A DNA stretch of 44,128 nt from contig NJEE01000001.1 of the NCBI GenBank assembly GCA_002255045.1, forward strand, positions 1-44,128, read 5' to 3'. Positions 17,444-25,245 of the stretch are shown here, piece by piece (within the stretch, counting starts at the first letter, position 1; each line of letters begins with the position of its first letter). This stretch comes from Candidatus Bathyarchaeota archaeon ex4484_205. GTDB lineage: Archaea > Thermoproteota > EX4484-205. The notes beneath the pieces were generated by a model. The model saw nothing but the letters and a program-made list of their open reading frames with translations, searched no databases and had not been told where the DNA came from. The position numbers and the translations under genes were made by a program.

Positions 17444-18736
17444 TTAGGCATGTCGCAGAATTGCCACTATGCCTCCAAACCCCTGATAAAGTATTTTTCC
17501 CTCCTCACTTTCATAACCTATGATCTCTATTTTTGAGCCAGTCTCCCTTGCCAGACGTTCATACTTATCGATATACCCTTCTACAGCCTCTATGAGGAGG
17601 GAGGAACCACATTTTGGACATTCCCTGTTGCTTACCTCGATACGTAAAGTATCTAAATCTTCTCGACTTATATTCCTAGTTTCATTATATTCACAGCTAC
17701 TACACTTAATTTTCACAACTAAAATGTCAAGTTTTTCAGATATTAGAAGGGTATCGACTTTGCCCATTCTCAGATTTCTTTCAACCTCTTCTTGACCATA
17801 TACAGCTAGGCCACTTTCTTTTCCGAGTTCCTCCAAAAAACGTTGTATAAGCTTCTTTTCCTCTATTATTCGCATATCCTTAATTTTATCTTCTGCTTTT
17901 CTTAGAGCCTCCTTAACACCTTGCGTTCCAGTATAAGAAGTGTCCACAATTGCTATGATCTTAGGTTTTAATTGATAATGCAAGTATTCACCCTCATAGA
18001 ACTCTTCCTTTGTAGGACCAGGACCTGCGAGTATTATACCTCCCAATTCTGGCTGATTAAGAAAGATTTCAGAAGCATGCGTACCTACCCGTTTATAATA
18101 TTGATTTAACTCGCTTTCTCTTAGGCGCTCATAACGCCTTGCGGACTGACCACCTTTTCTTGTTTTCCCCCCTACACCTGATGTAATTTCGTTTTTTATC
18201 TCTACAGTTCGTCCTGTAATTAGGGCAATAGTTGCTTCACTATTATCGATCACTATCACACCATATGACTTCTTCTCACGAAGCATTTCTAGAAGAGGCT
18301 CTACATAGAATTTATCATCACAGCTGTAGTAGGAGAGATTTATGGGCTTCGGAGGGATAATAACATACGTTTCTATTACTTCGGAACCCGGAGGCCCACG
18401 AGGTATGGCACCGCAAAAGATTACTAAGCCATTCTTGGGTGTTTTTCCTATTATTTTCAAACGTTGCTGAACTTTTACGATGGCATCTTGAACATTTTTT
18501 CTGGTGGTTCGAGATTTGATATTAGATGCTTTACCATACTCTTCACGAAGCGTGGACATTACCTCACTTAATTGTCGACCAGCAGGAATATAGAGAGATA
18601 TAAGCTCGGTACCTCTACCTCGTTTTTCAGCAATCCTCCTGAGTAAGTGCCTCATTCGATATAGTTGAAGAGACTTACTGACAGAGTAGGAGCTATCACT
18701 ATTCAAGGGTGATATATTTAGAGTATAGAACCTCAA
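17444..18736 (-). CDS. prf1: peptide chain release factor aRF1
   Basis: NIKS (ASNIKSR), GGQ (KGGQSARRYERLR) and RGRGTELISLYIP. The listed start is TTG, so the exact start is uncertain. Confidence 0.9.
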   Translation of the reverse strand: MRFYTLNISPLNSDSSYSVSKSLQLYRMRHLLRRIAEKRGRGTELISLYIPAGRQLSEVMSTLREEYGKASNIKSRTTRKNVQDAIVKVQQRLKIIGKTPKNGLVIFCGAIPRGPPGSEVIETYVIIPPKPINLSYYSCDDKFYVEPLLEMLREKKSYGVIVIDNSEATIALITGRTVEIKNEITSGVGGKTRKGGQSARRYERLRESELNQYYKRVGTHASEIFLNQPELGGIILAGPGPTKEEFYEGEYLHYQLKPKIIAIVDTSYTGTQGVKEALRKAEDKIKDMRIIEEKKLIQRFLEELGKESGLAVYGQEEVERNLRMGKVDTLLISEKLDILVVKIKCSSCEYNETRNISREDLDTLRIEVSNRECPKCGSSLLIEAVEGYIDKYERLARETGSKIEIIGYESEEGKILYQGFGGIVAILRHA

Positions 18737-18773
18737 ATTAAGTTTTTAAAGATGGAAAAGTAAAAATGAGATA

Positions 18774-19454
18774 ATGCTCGTTGTCTTACGGCTAGGACAT
18801 ATACTCTTTACTAGAGAGCTAGATATGGAGCTATGGAGAAGTTACAGAGAAGTTCTAATGAGGTTCCTAGAAAAAGGAAATAAGGGAGTCGTTGTAACAG
18901 GTGGAGGAGAAATAGCCAGAGGACAGATCAAAAAAGCTAGATTGCTGAATCTTGATTGGTCCCTATGCGATGAAATAGGAATCATGTGTTCCAGAATACA
19001 CGCACTTCTACTATACGGCTATATGAAGGAGAGGGCAATAGTAGAATTTACAGGAGACTTACAGAGAATAGTGAATAAGGTATGTGAGAACCGATTGGTA
19101 ATTACTGGAGGAATGTTTCCAGGTCAGTCTACTGATGCTGTTGCTGCATTAATCGCGGAGAGAGCTGAGGCAGATCTTGTTATAAAAGCTTTGGATGTGG
19201 AGGGAGTATATGACAAAGACCCTAAGAAATATGCAGAAGCAAAACTCCTCAAAAAGATCTCTGCAAAGAAATTATGGGAAATGATATCAACTGAGGAGTT
19301 ACTAGCGGGAGAATACAAACTACTCGATCCTATCGCGTTGAAAATACTAGAGAGATCCCAAATACCAATTATTTTCATTGATGGTAGAGATGTGAAGAAT
19401 TTGGAGAAGACATTTCAAGGAGAGGATGTTGGGACGAGAGTTATTTACACATAG
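18774..19454 (+). CDS. pyrH: archaeal-type UMP kinase (amino-acid kinase fold)
   Basis: 226 aa. VVVTGGGEIAR, ITGGMFPGQSTDAVAALIAE and VEGVYDKDPKK. Confidence 0.8.
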   Translation: MLVVLRLGHILFTRELDMELWRSYREVLMRFLEKGNKGVVVTGGGEIARGQIKKARLLNLDWSLCDEIGIMCSRIHALLLYGYMKERAIVEFTGDLQRIVNKVCENRLVITGGMFPGQSTDAVAALIAERAEADLVIKALDVEGVYDKDPKKYAEAKLLKKISAKKLWEMISTEELLAGEYKLLDPIALKILERSQIPIIFIDGRDVKNLEKTFQGEDVGTRVIYT

Positions 19455-19530
19455 GTCTTATGAGATTGATTAATGACTACAAAATTCTCCTAAAAAAATA
19501 AATATTCCTATGTTATAACCCAGATTCGGT

Positions 19531-19711
19531 GGGGCCGTCGTCTAAACGAAAGGGATAGCCAGGTAGGACGGCGGGCTCCAGCCACTATTGAAGGGTTCGC
19601 TGACTAAGTGGATGAAGAATGGTTGGAGCTCGGGAGGAACCCGTAGGTGTAAAAGCCGGGGAAATGTGAGCGTTCAAAGGGCTTTGCCTGGAAGTCGCTC
19701 CGGCCCCACCA
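19531..19711 (+). tRNA. tRNA-Trp(CCA) with four inferred insertions, including a 57-nt 37/38 intron; CCA encoded
   Basis: GGGGCCG TC GTCT [22-nt D-loop region] GGAC G GCGGG CTCCAG[57 nt, 19582-19638]A CCCGT [23-nt variable region] GAGCG TTCAAA[GGGCTTTGCCTGGAAG]T CGCTC CGGCCCC A CCA. Confidence 0.8.
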
Positions 19712-19760
19712 TGAAAACCTTTAATTTCTTTACAGAAAATAAAATAATAGGTGACCCTTA

Positions 19761-20006
19761 TTGACTAAACATGCGTTTGTATTAATAAATGTAGATATAG
19801 GAACAGAGAAGGAAATACTGAGTGAATTAAAGAAAATACCATATATCAAGGAGGCCTGGATGGTGTATGGTGTTTACGACATGGTTGTTAAAATAGAGGC
19901 AGATTCATTGGAGCAGGTGAAGGAAGCTATAAGCAGTAACATTAGGAAGCTGGAAGGGGTGAGAAACACGTTGACCTTGATTCCCATTGAGGGATTTACC
20001 TCTTAG
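19761..20006 (+). CDS. stand-alone Lrp/AsnC ligand-binding (RAM) domain protein
   Basis: 81 aa. AFVLINVDIGTEKEIL...AWMVYGVYDMVVKIEADSLEQV...VRNTLTLI. Confidence 0.6.
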   Translation: MTKHAFVLINVDIGTEKEILSELKKIPYIKEAWMVYGVYDMVVKIEADSLEQVKEAISSNIRKLEGVRNTLTLIPIEGFTS

Positions 20007-20065
20007 ATTTTTTCTGATAATATTAAAATTCAAATATTCTCACGTAGATGAAGATTCGTTAAAGG

Positions 20066-20434
20066 ATGCCAAGTATTTCCCCCAGGAAGATGCGACGACT
20101 ACAAGATAGAATGCTTAAGAAGATGGGATTGGCAATGGAAGAACTCTCTGATGTAGATAAAGTTATCATTCTCACTTCTTCCAAACGTATTGAAATACTG
20201 AATCCTACAGTAACGAAGTTTGTACTTCAACAGGGTCAGGACATTTACCAGGTGATTGGAACTACAAAGATAGAGGAAATAGAAGAAGTTGAAGAAATAG
20301 AAATACCAGAGGAAGATATAATGTTAGTCTCACAGCAGGTAGGATGTGACTATGAAACAGCGAAGAAAGCTCTAGAGAGCACGGGAGGAGATATTGCACA
20401 GGCGATTCTATTACTTAAAAGAAGACCGGTCTAA
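20066..20434 (+). CDS. nac: nascent polypeptide-associated complex protein (archaeal NAC alpha homolog with UBA domain)
   Basis: 122 aa. NAC beta-barrel region followed by the C-terminal UBA-like IMLVSQQVGCDYETAKKALESTGGDIAQAILLL. Confidence 0.8.
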   Translation: MPSISPRKMRRLQDRMLKKMGLAMEELSDVDKVIILTSSKRIEILNPTVTKFVLQQGQDIYQVIGTTKIEEIEEVEEIEIPEEDIMLVSQQVGCDYETAKKALESTGGDIAQAILLLKRRPV

Positions 20435-20908
20435 ACCTTTACGGACCTTTACGGCAACACCTCTCTTGAAAAATCTTGCTTCCCGAGGTGATAAGAGAAG
20501 CTTGCCTACAGCGAGTAGAGAATCATTTTCATCCACTACTATGACCTCATCTCCGGAACGTAGAAGCATATCTACTTCGAGCACATACTTTGCAAAGACA
20601 TTCCTCCCTTTTCGTATATACTTACTTACAGAAGAAGGAACAATAACTCTATGACGGGGTTTACTAAATGTTTGTCTCAAGAGTTCACCACCCGCTATAC
20701 TAAGAGAGAAAAGACCTGTAGAGGGCACTAGGGTAGCTATCAATCTTTCGGTCTCAGTATAGAGCCGACGTATCTTACCATTCTTCCCTCTTTCCACACT
20801 TCCTAGAGATTTCAAAACCTTGGAGCCGAACCCGAAACCAAATTGATAATCCAGGAGGTCCTTAATATAGAGTTTTTCTAATATAGTGATACTTGAACAA
20901 TTAGCCAA
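20411..20908 (-). CDS. PUA-domain RNA-binding protein
   Basis: 165 aa. The C-terminal VFAKYVLEVDMLLRSGDEVIVVDENDSLLAVGKLLLS...GVAVKVRKG is a typical PUA fold pattern. Confidence 0.6.
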   Translation of the reverse strand: MANCSSITILEKLYIKDLLDYQFGFGFGSKVLKSLGSVERGKNGKIRRLYTETERLIATLVPSTGLFSLSIAGGELLRQTFSKPRHRVIVPSSVSKYIRKGRNVFAKYVLEVDMLLRSGDEVIVVDENDSLLAVGKLLLSPREARFFKRGVAVKVRKGLDRSSFK

Positions 20909-20949
20909 ACCTATTTATTCAATATGTGAGGAAGTAAATATTTAGATTT

Positions 20950-21432
20950 ATGAACTGTGAAATATGTGGATCACCAATATATGGAAAAGCTAAAAAAGTG
21001 TTGATAGATGGCGTACCAATGCTGGTATGTCAGGCATGTGCAAATCTTTCTTCAACGGAGATAGTTGAGAAGAAAACTACAGAAGGGAGAAGAGTATACC
21101 AAAGAAGAAGACTCATTAAAAAGGTAGGGGAGAAGAAGACTTTCTGGAACGATGATCTGACGTTAATAGATAACTATGGAGAAAGAATAAGGATGGCGAG
21201 AGAAGAAATGGGAATGACCTTAGAAGAGTTAAGCCGTAAATCAGGGTTAAAAGTGAGCTATCTTAGAAATATAGAAAACCAGAGGATGAAACCCACCTTG
21301 GGAGAGAGCCGAATTTTGGAGCATATACTTGATATCGCAATACTCACAAAAACGCCGGAGTATGGAGATAAACAAAGAACGAAAGTTCGAAGAGATGGAT
21401 TAACATTAAGTGATATATTGAGAATGAAGTGA
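20950..21432 (+). CDS. archaeal MBF1-type transcription factor (zinc ribbon + Cro/C1 HTH)
   Basis: 160 aa. CEICGSPIYG...LVCQAC is followed by IRMAREEMGMTLEELSRKSGLKVSYLRNIE. Confidence 0.8.
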   Translation: MNCEICGSPIYGKAKKVLIDGVPMLVCQACANLSSTEIVEKKTTEGRRVYQRRRLIKKVGEKKTFWNDDLTLIDNYGERIRMAREEMGMTLEELSRKSGLKVSYLRNIENQRMKPTLGESRILEHILDIAILTKTPEYGDKQRTKVRRDGLTLSDILRMK

Positions 21433-22025
21433 AGAAAATAATAGATCAGATGACTGAGATATACGTACTTCGAATGGGGCATAGGTACATACGTGATCTG
21501 AGAATCTCCACACATTGTGGATTGGTTGCCTGGGCACTAGGAGCTAAGGGAATACTCTTCACGGGTATGTATGATAAAGAAATGATGAAGAAATTGAGAG
21601 AAACTGTAGAGAGGTGGGGTGGAGAATTTGAGATAGGATATGTTGAGAATTGGAGGGAATATATTCTTGAAGAAAGAAGAAGAGGAACATATATTATCCA
21701 TCTAACCATGTATGGAATAAATATACCAACCGTAGAGAAGGCTCTCCAGAAAATTCTGAGATGGAAGAGAATATTAGTAATTATAGGGGCTGAGAAGATG
21801 CCTCGGGAAGTATATTTACTGGCACACCTCAATGTAGCTATAAAGAATGTGCCACACTCAGAGGTTGCAGCATTATCCATCTTTATGGATAGAATTACAA
21901 ATGGGAAGGCGCTTCTAGAATATCCAGAACATATGAAGATAAAAATAATCCCACAAATCAGGGGAAAAGTTATAGAGAGAGGAGAACCCAAATATATAGA
22001 GGGAGACATCAATAGGGAAGTTTGA
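21429..22025 (+). CDS. tRNA (cytidine56-2'-O)-methyltransferase
   Basis: 198 aa. YVLRMGHRYIRDLRISTHCGLVAWALGAKG matches the aTrm56 N-terminal block. SPOUT-type C-terminal region. Confidence 0.7.
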   Translation: MKKIIDQMTEIYVLRMGHRYIRDLRISTHCGLVAWALGAKGILFTGMYDKEMMKKLRETVERWGGEFEIGYVENWREYILEERRRGTYIIHLTMYGINIPTVEKALQKILRWKRILVIIGAEKMPREVYLLAHLNVAIKNVPHSEVAALSIFMDRITNGKALLEYPEHMKIKIIPQIRGKVIERGEPKYIEGDINREV

Positions 22026-22029
22026 TAGA

Positions 22030-22575
22030 ATGAAAGTATCTGAAGAGCTTTATTTGAAGGTTGCAGCACTCGTAGGAGGGGATGATGCTATTGGTGTTGT
22101 TTCTGCTTTACTAGATTTGAAAAAAGCCTCAGATGAGGAGATTGCAAACAGAACAGGTCTCAGACTCCCTAATGTTAGAAAAGTGCTTTACAAATTGTTG
22201 GACTCTTCTTTAGTTGCATTTGAGGAAAGAAGAGAGAGAATGGAACAGACAGTTTTCTATTGGTATCCTCTACCAGAGCAAGTATACGGATTTATTCAAA
22301 CAGAAGAGAGAAACCTAATTAAGAGACTTAAAGCTAAATTCAATTACCTTAGATCACATGAATTTTATCATTGTGGAACCCCCACTTGTAGGAGGCTGAC
22401 TTTCGAGGAAGCCGTAGAGACATTATTTAAGTGTCCAACTTGTGGAAAACCTCTCAACAGAGTTGATGTTACAGATATTATAGAAGCGATAGAAGGGAGA
22501 ATTGAAACCATACAGAGAGAATTGAAAGAGTCCTTCGGAGTACCCATCAAAACATTAAAATCTCGGAGAAAATAA
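22030..22575 (+). CDS. tfe: transcription factor E (TFIIE-alpha homolog)
   Basis: 181 aa. A winged helix (EEIANRTGLRLPNVRKVLYKLLDSSLV) plus a zinc ribbon (HCGTPTC...CPTCGKPL). Confidence 0.8.
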   Translation: MKVSEELYLKVAALVGGDDAIGVVSALLDLKKASDEEIANRTGLRLPNVRKVLYKLLDSSLVAFEERRERMEQTVFYWYPLPEQVYGFIQTEERNLIKRLKAKFNYLRSHEFYHCGTPTCRRLTFEEAVETLFKCPTCGKPLNRVDVTDIIEAIEGRIETIQRELKESFGVPIKTLKSRRK

Positions 22576-22588
22576 AAACTATAAATGG

Positions 22589-22689
22589 GCCGAGGTACCC
22601 TAGCCATACAACACTAGAAAGGTAGGGGGCAAGCCTGCTAAGCTTGTGCCCGTAAGGGCTCGCGGGTTCAAATCCCGCCCTCGGCGCCA
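22589..22689 (+). tRNA. tRNA-Ser(GCU), class II, with one ~13-nt D-loop insertion; CCA encoded
   Basis: GCCGAGG TA CCC TAGCC[ATACAACACTAGA]AAGGTA GGG.. CAAGC CTGCTAA GCTTG TGCCCGTAAGGGCTC GCGGG TTCAAAT CCCGC CCTCGGC G CCA. Confidence 0.8.
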
Positions 22690-22690
22690 T

Positions 22691-22765
22691 GGGCGCGTCG
22701 TCCAGCCCGGTTAGGACGCCGCTCTTACGAAGCGGTGGTCGCCGGTTCGAATCCGGCCGCGCCCA
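22691..22765 (+). tRNA. tRNA-Val(UAC), intron-free
   Basis: GGGCGCG TC GTCC AGCCCGGTTA GGAC G CCGCT CTTACGA AGCGG TGGTC GCCGG TTCGAAT CCGGC CGCGCCC A. Starts 1 nt after the CCA of tRNA-Ser. Confidence 0.9.
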
Positions 22766-22774
22766 TCAAGTAAA

Positions 22775-22780
22775 TTTTTT
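22775..22780 (+). terminator. oligo-T tract after the Ser-Val tRNA pair
   Basis: TTTTTT lies 10 nt downstream of tRNA-Val. Archaeal terminators are commonly T-tracts. Confidence 0.35.
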
Positions 22781-22808
22781 AGGAGAGAGAGTGAGGATGA
22801 ATTATATA

Positions 22809-22899
22809 GGGCCGGTAGAACAGATGGTAGGTTCGCTGGCTTCGCAATCTTTTTCGAGAAAGCCAGAGGTCGGGGGTTCAAGTCCCCCCCGGTCCACCA
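22809..22899 (+). tRNA. tRNA-Ala(CGC) with a 14-nt anticodon-loop intron; CCA encoded
   Basis: GGGCCGG TA GAAC AGATGGTAG GTTC G CTGGC TTCGCA[14 nt]A GCCAG AGGTC GGGGG TTCAAGT CCCCC CCGGTCC A CCA. The G3:U70 alanine identity pair is present. Confidence 0.85.
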
Positions 22900-23963
22900 A
22901 TATTAAAACGTAATATAGCAGCTATTCCACCAAATCCTTTCAATATTTTTCCAGGTTCTTCTTTGGAGTTGATTATAATAATTTCTCCTCCATTTTCCTC
23001 CACCATTTGAAAAATATTTTCGACCTCTCTGCGTTCTTCATCGCCTATATTTGCCAGAAAATCATCTGTGATCAATAATTTTTGAACCGCTCTCATCTCT
23101 ATCGCGTACTTTACATTGTCATATCCATAAGTAGCCAGATGATTCTTTGCGATCTTTATAAGAAAATCTTGTATAATGACATTTTCTTCAATGATTCTTA
23201 ATTTCTTCTGTACATTTCTCAACACTCCACTTCGTAACGTCTCCTTAATGCCAGATATTGTGCCAGAGGTAGCAAAGCCCAGATAGATTACTCTCTTCCA
23301 AAGATCTGGATATTTAGATTGAAGATATGTAGCTAATTTATTTTTAATAAATCCAGGACCTACTATTACAATGTAATATTCTCGAGTGGGCTCAATTTGC
23401 TTCATAGCCTTTACGATTGAGGAGAGAAAGAATAGCAGTTGCTCACTATTTTCAGAGGCATATCTCTTTGAGGATATCTCTGAATGAATTCTTTGAATGT
23501 GGGAAAAACCGGATGTCTCAATTAAAGCTAATGTGGCCTCTTCGCGGTCCATGGCAATTACAATTAGAGGTACAGAGGGATGTCTTGAGGCATATAGTTG
23601 TTTCAGTTGGTAGTTGAGCCACTGTCTTTTCCTAATTAAATATTTGTTTCCTGGTTGTATTACGAGAGAATGTCTATGACCCTTTGTTCCCTCAAGATCC
23701 TCAGGGCATTCCATAACTATTCCATCTAACTTTAACATGTTGCTTTCCAAGTCAAGGAATTTTGAGAGTACCTTGAGAGTGAGCCAGACTTTAACCTTTG
23801 TTTTCCCCACCCGATTTCCTCCAACCGTTTTAATAACTCTGTGAGAAAACCCTGAGACAAGGTCGTCTTTCTCTATAACTTGATAAAGAGTCCAGAGGTC
23901 TTCCTTAAATCGAGGTACTAACTTAATAATTCCTCTTTTCTCATCATAGCTAAGAATTTTCAA
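22878..23963 (-). CDS. pelA: Pelota (Dom34 homolog, ribosome rescue / no-go decay factor)
   Basis: 361 aa. MKILSYDEKRGIIKLVPRFKEDLWTLYQVI at the N-terminus, and an eRF1-like C-terminal domain ending KGFGGIAAILRF. The last ~22 nt overlap tRNA-Ala on the opposite strand. Confidence 0.85.
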   Translation of the reverse strand: MKILSYDEKRGIIKLVPRFKEDLWTLYQVIEKDDLVSGFSHRVIKTVGGNRVGKTKVKVWLTLKVLSKFLDLESNMLKLDGIVMECPEDLEGTKGHRHSLVIQPGNKYLIRKRQWLNYQLKQLYASRHPSVPLIVIAMDREEATLALIETSGFSHIQRIHSEISSKRYASENSEQLLFFLSSIVKAMKQIEPTREYYIVIVGPGFIKNKLATYLQSKYPDLWKRVIYLGFATSGTISGIKETLRSGVLRNVQKKLRIIEENVIIQDFLIKIAKNHLATYGYDNVKYAIEMRAVQKLLITDDFLANIGDEERREVENIFQMVEENGGEIIIINSKEEPGKILKGFGGIAAILRFNIGGPGGT

Positions 23964-24044
23964 GTTCAGAAATTTAATTACTAGATGGAATTTAATATTA
24001 TTGACGAAAAGGTTATTTTATGGTGAGTCGATAATTCGAATGCA

Positions 24045-24172
24045 GGGGGCGTGGGCTAGAGAAATCGGCCAATCTGGTCTATGCTTCGTGGCTTGGGCCC
24101 TCCTATTAGGTGAGAACCCACGAGGTCCCAGGTTCAAAAGGCGATAGCCTGAGAATCCTGGCGCCCCCACCA
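24045..24172 (+). tRNA. tRNA-Pro(UGG) with three inferred introns (D-loop, 37/38, T-loop 59/60); CCA encoded
   Basis: GGGGGCG TG GGCT AG[AGAAATCGGCCAAT]CTGGTCTA TGCT T CGTGG CTTGGG[CCCTCCTATTAGGTGAGAA]C CCACG AGGTC CCAGG TTCAAA[AGGCGATAGCCTGAGAA]T CCTGG CGCCCCC A CCA. Confidence 0.8.
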
Positions 24173-24210
24173 AAAAATTAATAATTTTGAAAAGAGGTTT
24201 CCCTTCTTGA

Positions 24211-24314
24211 GCCTCGGTAGCTCAGCTCGGTAGAGCGGCAGCCTTGTAAATTAATGCAGAAGCTGTTGGTCGTGGGTTCAAACATCAAAGGAACAAATCC
24301 CACCCGAGGCTCCA
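24211..24314 (+). tRNA. tRNA-Thr(UGU) with two inferred introns (37/38 and T-loop 59/60); CCA encoded
   Basis: GCCTCGG TA GCTC AGCTCGGTA GAGC G GCAGC CTTGTA[12 nt]A GCTGT TGGTC GTGGG TTCAAA[CATCAAAGGAACAAA]T CCCAC CCGAGGC T CCA. Confidence 0.8.
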
Positions 24315-24342
24315 CAAATTTATGGGGAATATAGATATGGAG

Positions 24343-24499
24343 TGCCGGAGGCGGGATTTGAACCCGCGACTTCTGGACAGGTAGTTTTCCAGATTTCTCA
24401 TGCCCCCGATTATGAGTGACGCTACAACTTGTTCTGGCGCTCTAGTCTAAGGGGGCTATCTAACCAGGTTGCTCTCTGGTTGATCTGAGCTACTCCGGC
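24343..24499 (-). tRNA. elongator-type tRNA(CAU) (Met, or Ile2 before agmatidine formation) with five inferred 16-18-nt insertions
   Basis: Minus strand: GCCGGAG TA GCTC AG[ATCAACCAGAGAGCAA]CCTGGTTA[GATAGCCCCCTTAGACTA]GAGC G CCAGA[ACAAGTTGTAGCGTCA]CTCATAA[TCGGGGGCATGAGAAA]TCTGG[AAAACTACCTGTCCAG]AAGTC GCGGG TTCAAAT CCCGC CTCCGGC A. Confidence 0.75.
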
Positions 24500-24541
24500 A
24501 CTATTTGAAGGAGAGAATAATGAGGGATAAAAATTTTCTCT

Positions 24542-25156
24542 TTATCGACTCTCTAAACCTTTTAACTCTTCAGGTAGTTCAGGAAGCATTTCCTTCGTTT
24601 TCTGGGCAGCAAGTTCAGCAGCTTCCTTCAAGATCTTTTCCGCCTCCCTAGAAGAAGTGGACGTATCTACGGACACAGGAGAAACCGCACCAGCCTCAAT
24701 TACAAGCTGGTCTAACATATCATTAACTTTCTGGAGATCATAAGCCACTTCGGGTAGAACGCCCTTAAGGGAACCCTCAAGTGATCTTATAATATTAACT
24801 GTAGGACCGAGAACATTTACGACATCTCTAAATTCCTGTGCTATTTCCAGTCTCAGAATAGTCCTCTTCAGAGCTAGTTGACTTTGGAGAATGACTTGTG
24901 ATACTCTTTTGAGTTGAACAACCTCATTCGCATACACGGTAGCTCTTGGTTTATCGCCATCTTTTAAAGCCTCTACACAAGCTTGAAAAAGGTCTTTGCT
25001 ACGTTGGATAAGTTGTCGATATTTATTTTCTAGCTTAGATTCTTGAAGTTTCAGAAGTGTAAGAGCTTCTAAAACTCTTTCTCTTGAGGAGGAAGGGTAT
25101 TCATTCTTTACTACAATTTCCTTTTCTTTCTTCTTTCTGAAGAAGGGTAGTCTCAC
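24542..25156 (-). CDS. cdvB: ESCRT-III (Snf7/CdvB-family) protein
   Basis: 204 aa, predicted helical hairpin core. The proline-containing acidic tail MLPELPEELKGLE is MIM2-like. Divergent from Vps4. Confidence 0.65.
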   Translation of the reverse strand: MRLPFFRKKKEKEIVVKNEYPSSSRERVLEALTLLKLQESKLENKYRQLIQRSKDLFQACVEALKDGDKPRATVYANEVVQLKRVSQVILQSQLALKRTILRLEIAQEFRDVVNVLGPTVNIIRSLEGSLKGVLPEVAYDLQKVNDMLDQLVIEAGAVSPVSVDTSTSSREAEKILKEAAELAAQKTKEMLPELPEELKGLESR

Positions 25157-25245
25157 CTACTTACACCTATTCTACGTGGTATGCCACACTACATAAAATT
25201 TTCCTCAAGTGAAATTAGGGAAATAAACATTAAAAATAATGGAGA

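Noticed and set aside
20394-20654. The 86-aa plus-strand ORF.
   Set aside because: It is antisense to the PUA-domain gene and overlaps the NAC stop. Its composition is Ser/Thr/Arg-rich with no motif.
21446-22069. The 207-aa minus-strand ORF.
   Set aside because: It is antisense to the Trm56 gene, which has clear family motifs. The antisense translation is Ser/Ile/Phe-rich with no motif.
22689-22913. The 74-aa ORF from the track.
   Set aside because: It runs straight through tRNA-Val and tRNA-Ala. Its Gly/Arg/Ser/Pro-rich translation is an artefact of GC-rich tRNA sequence.
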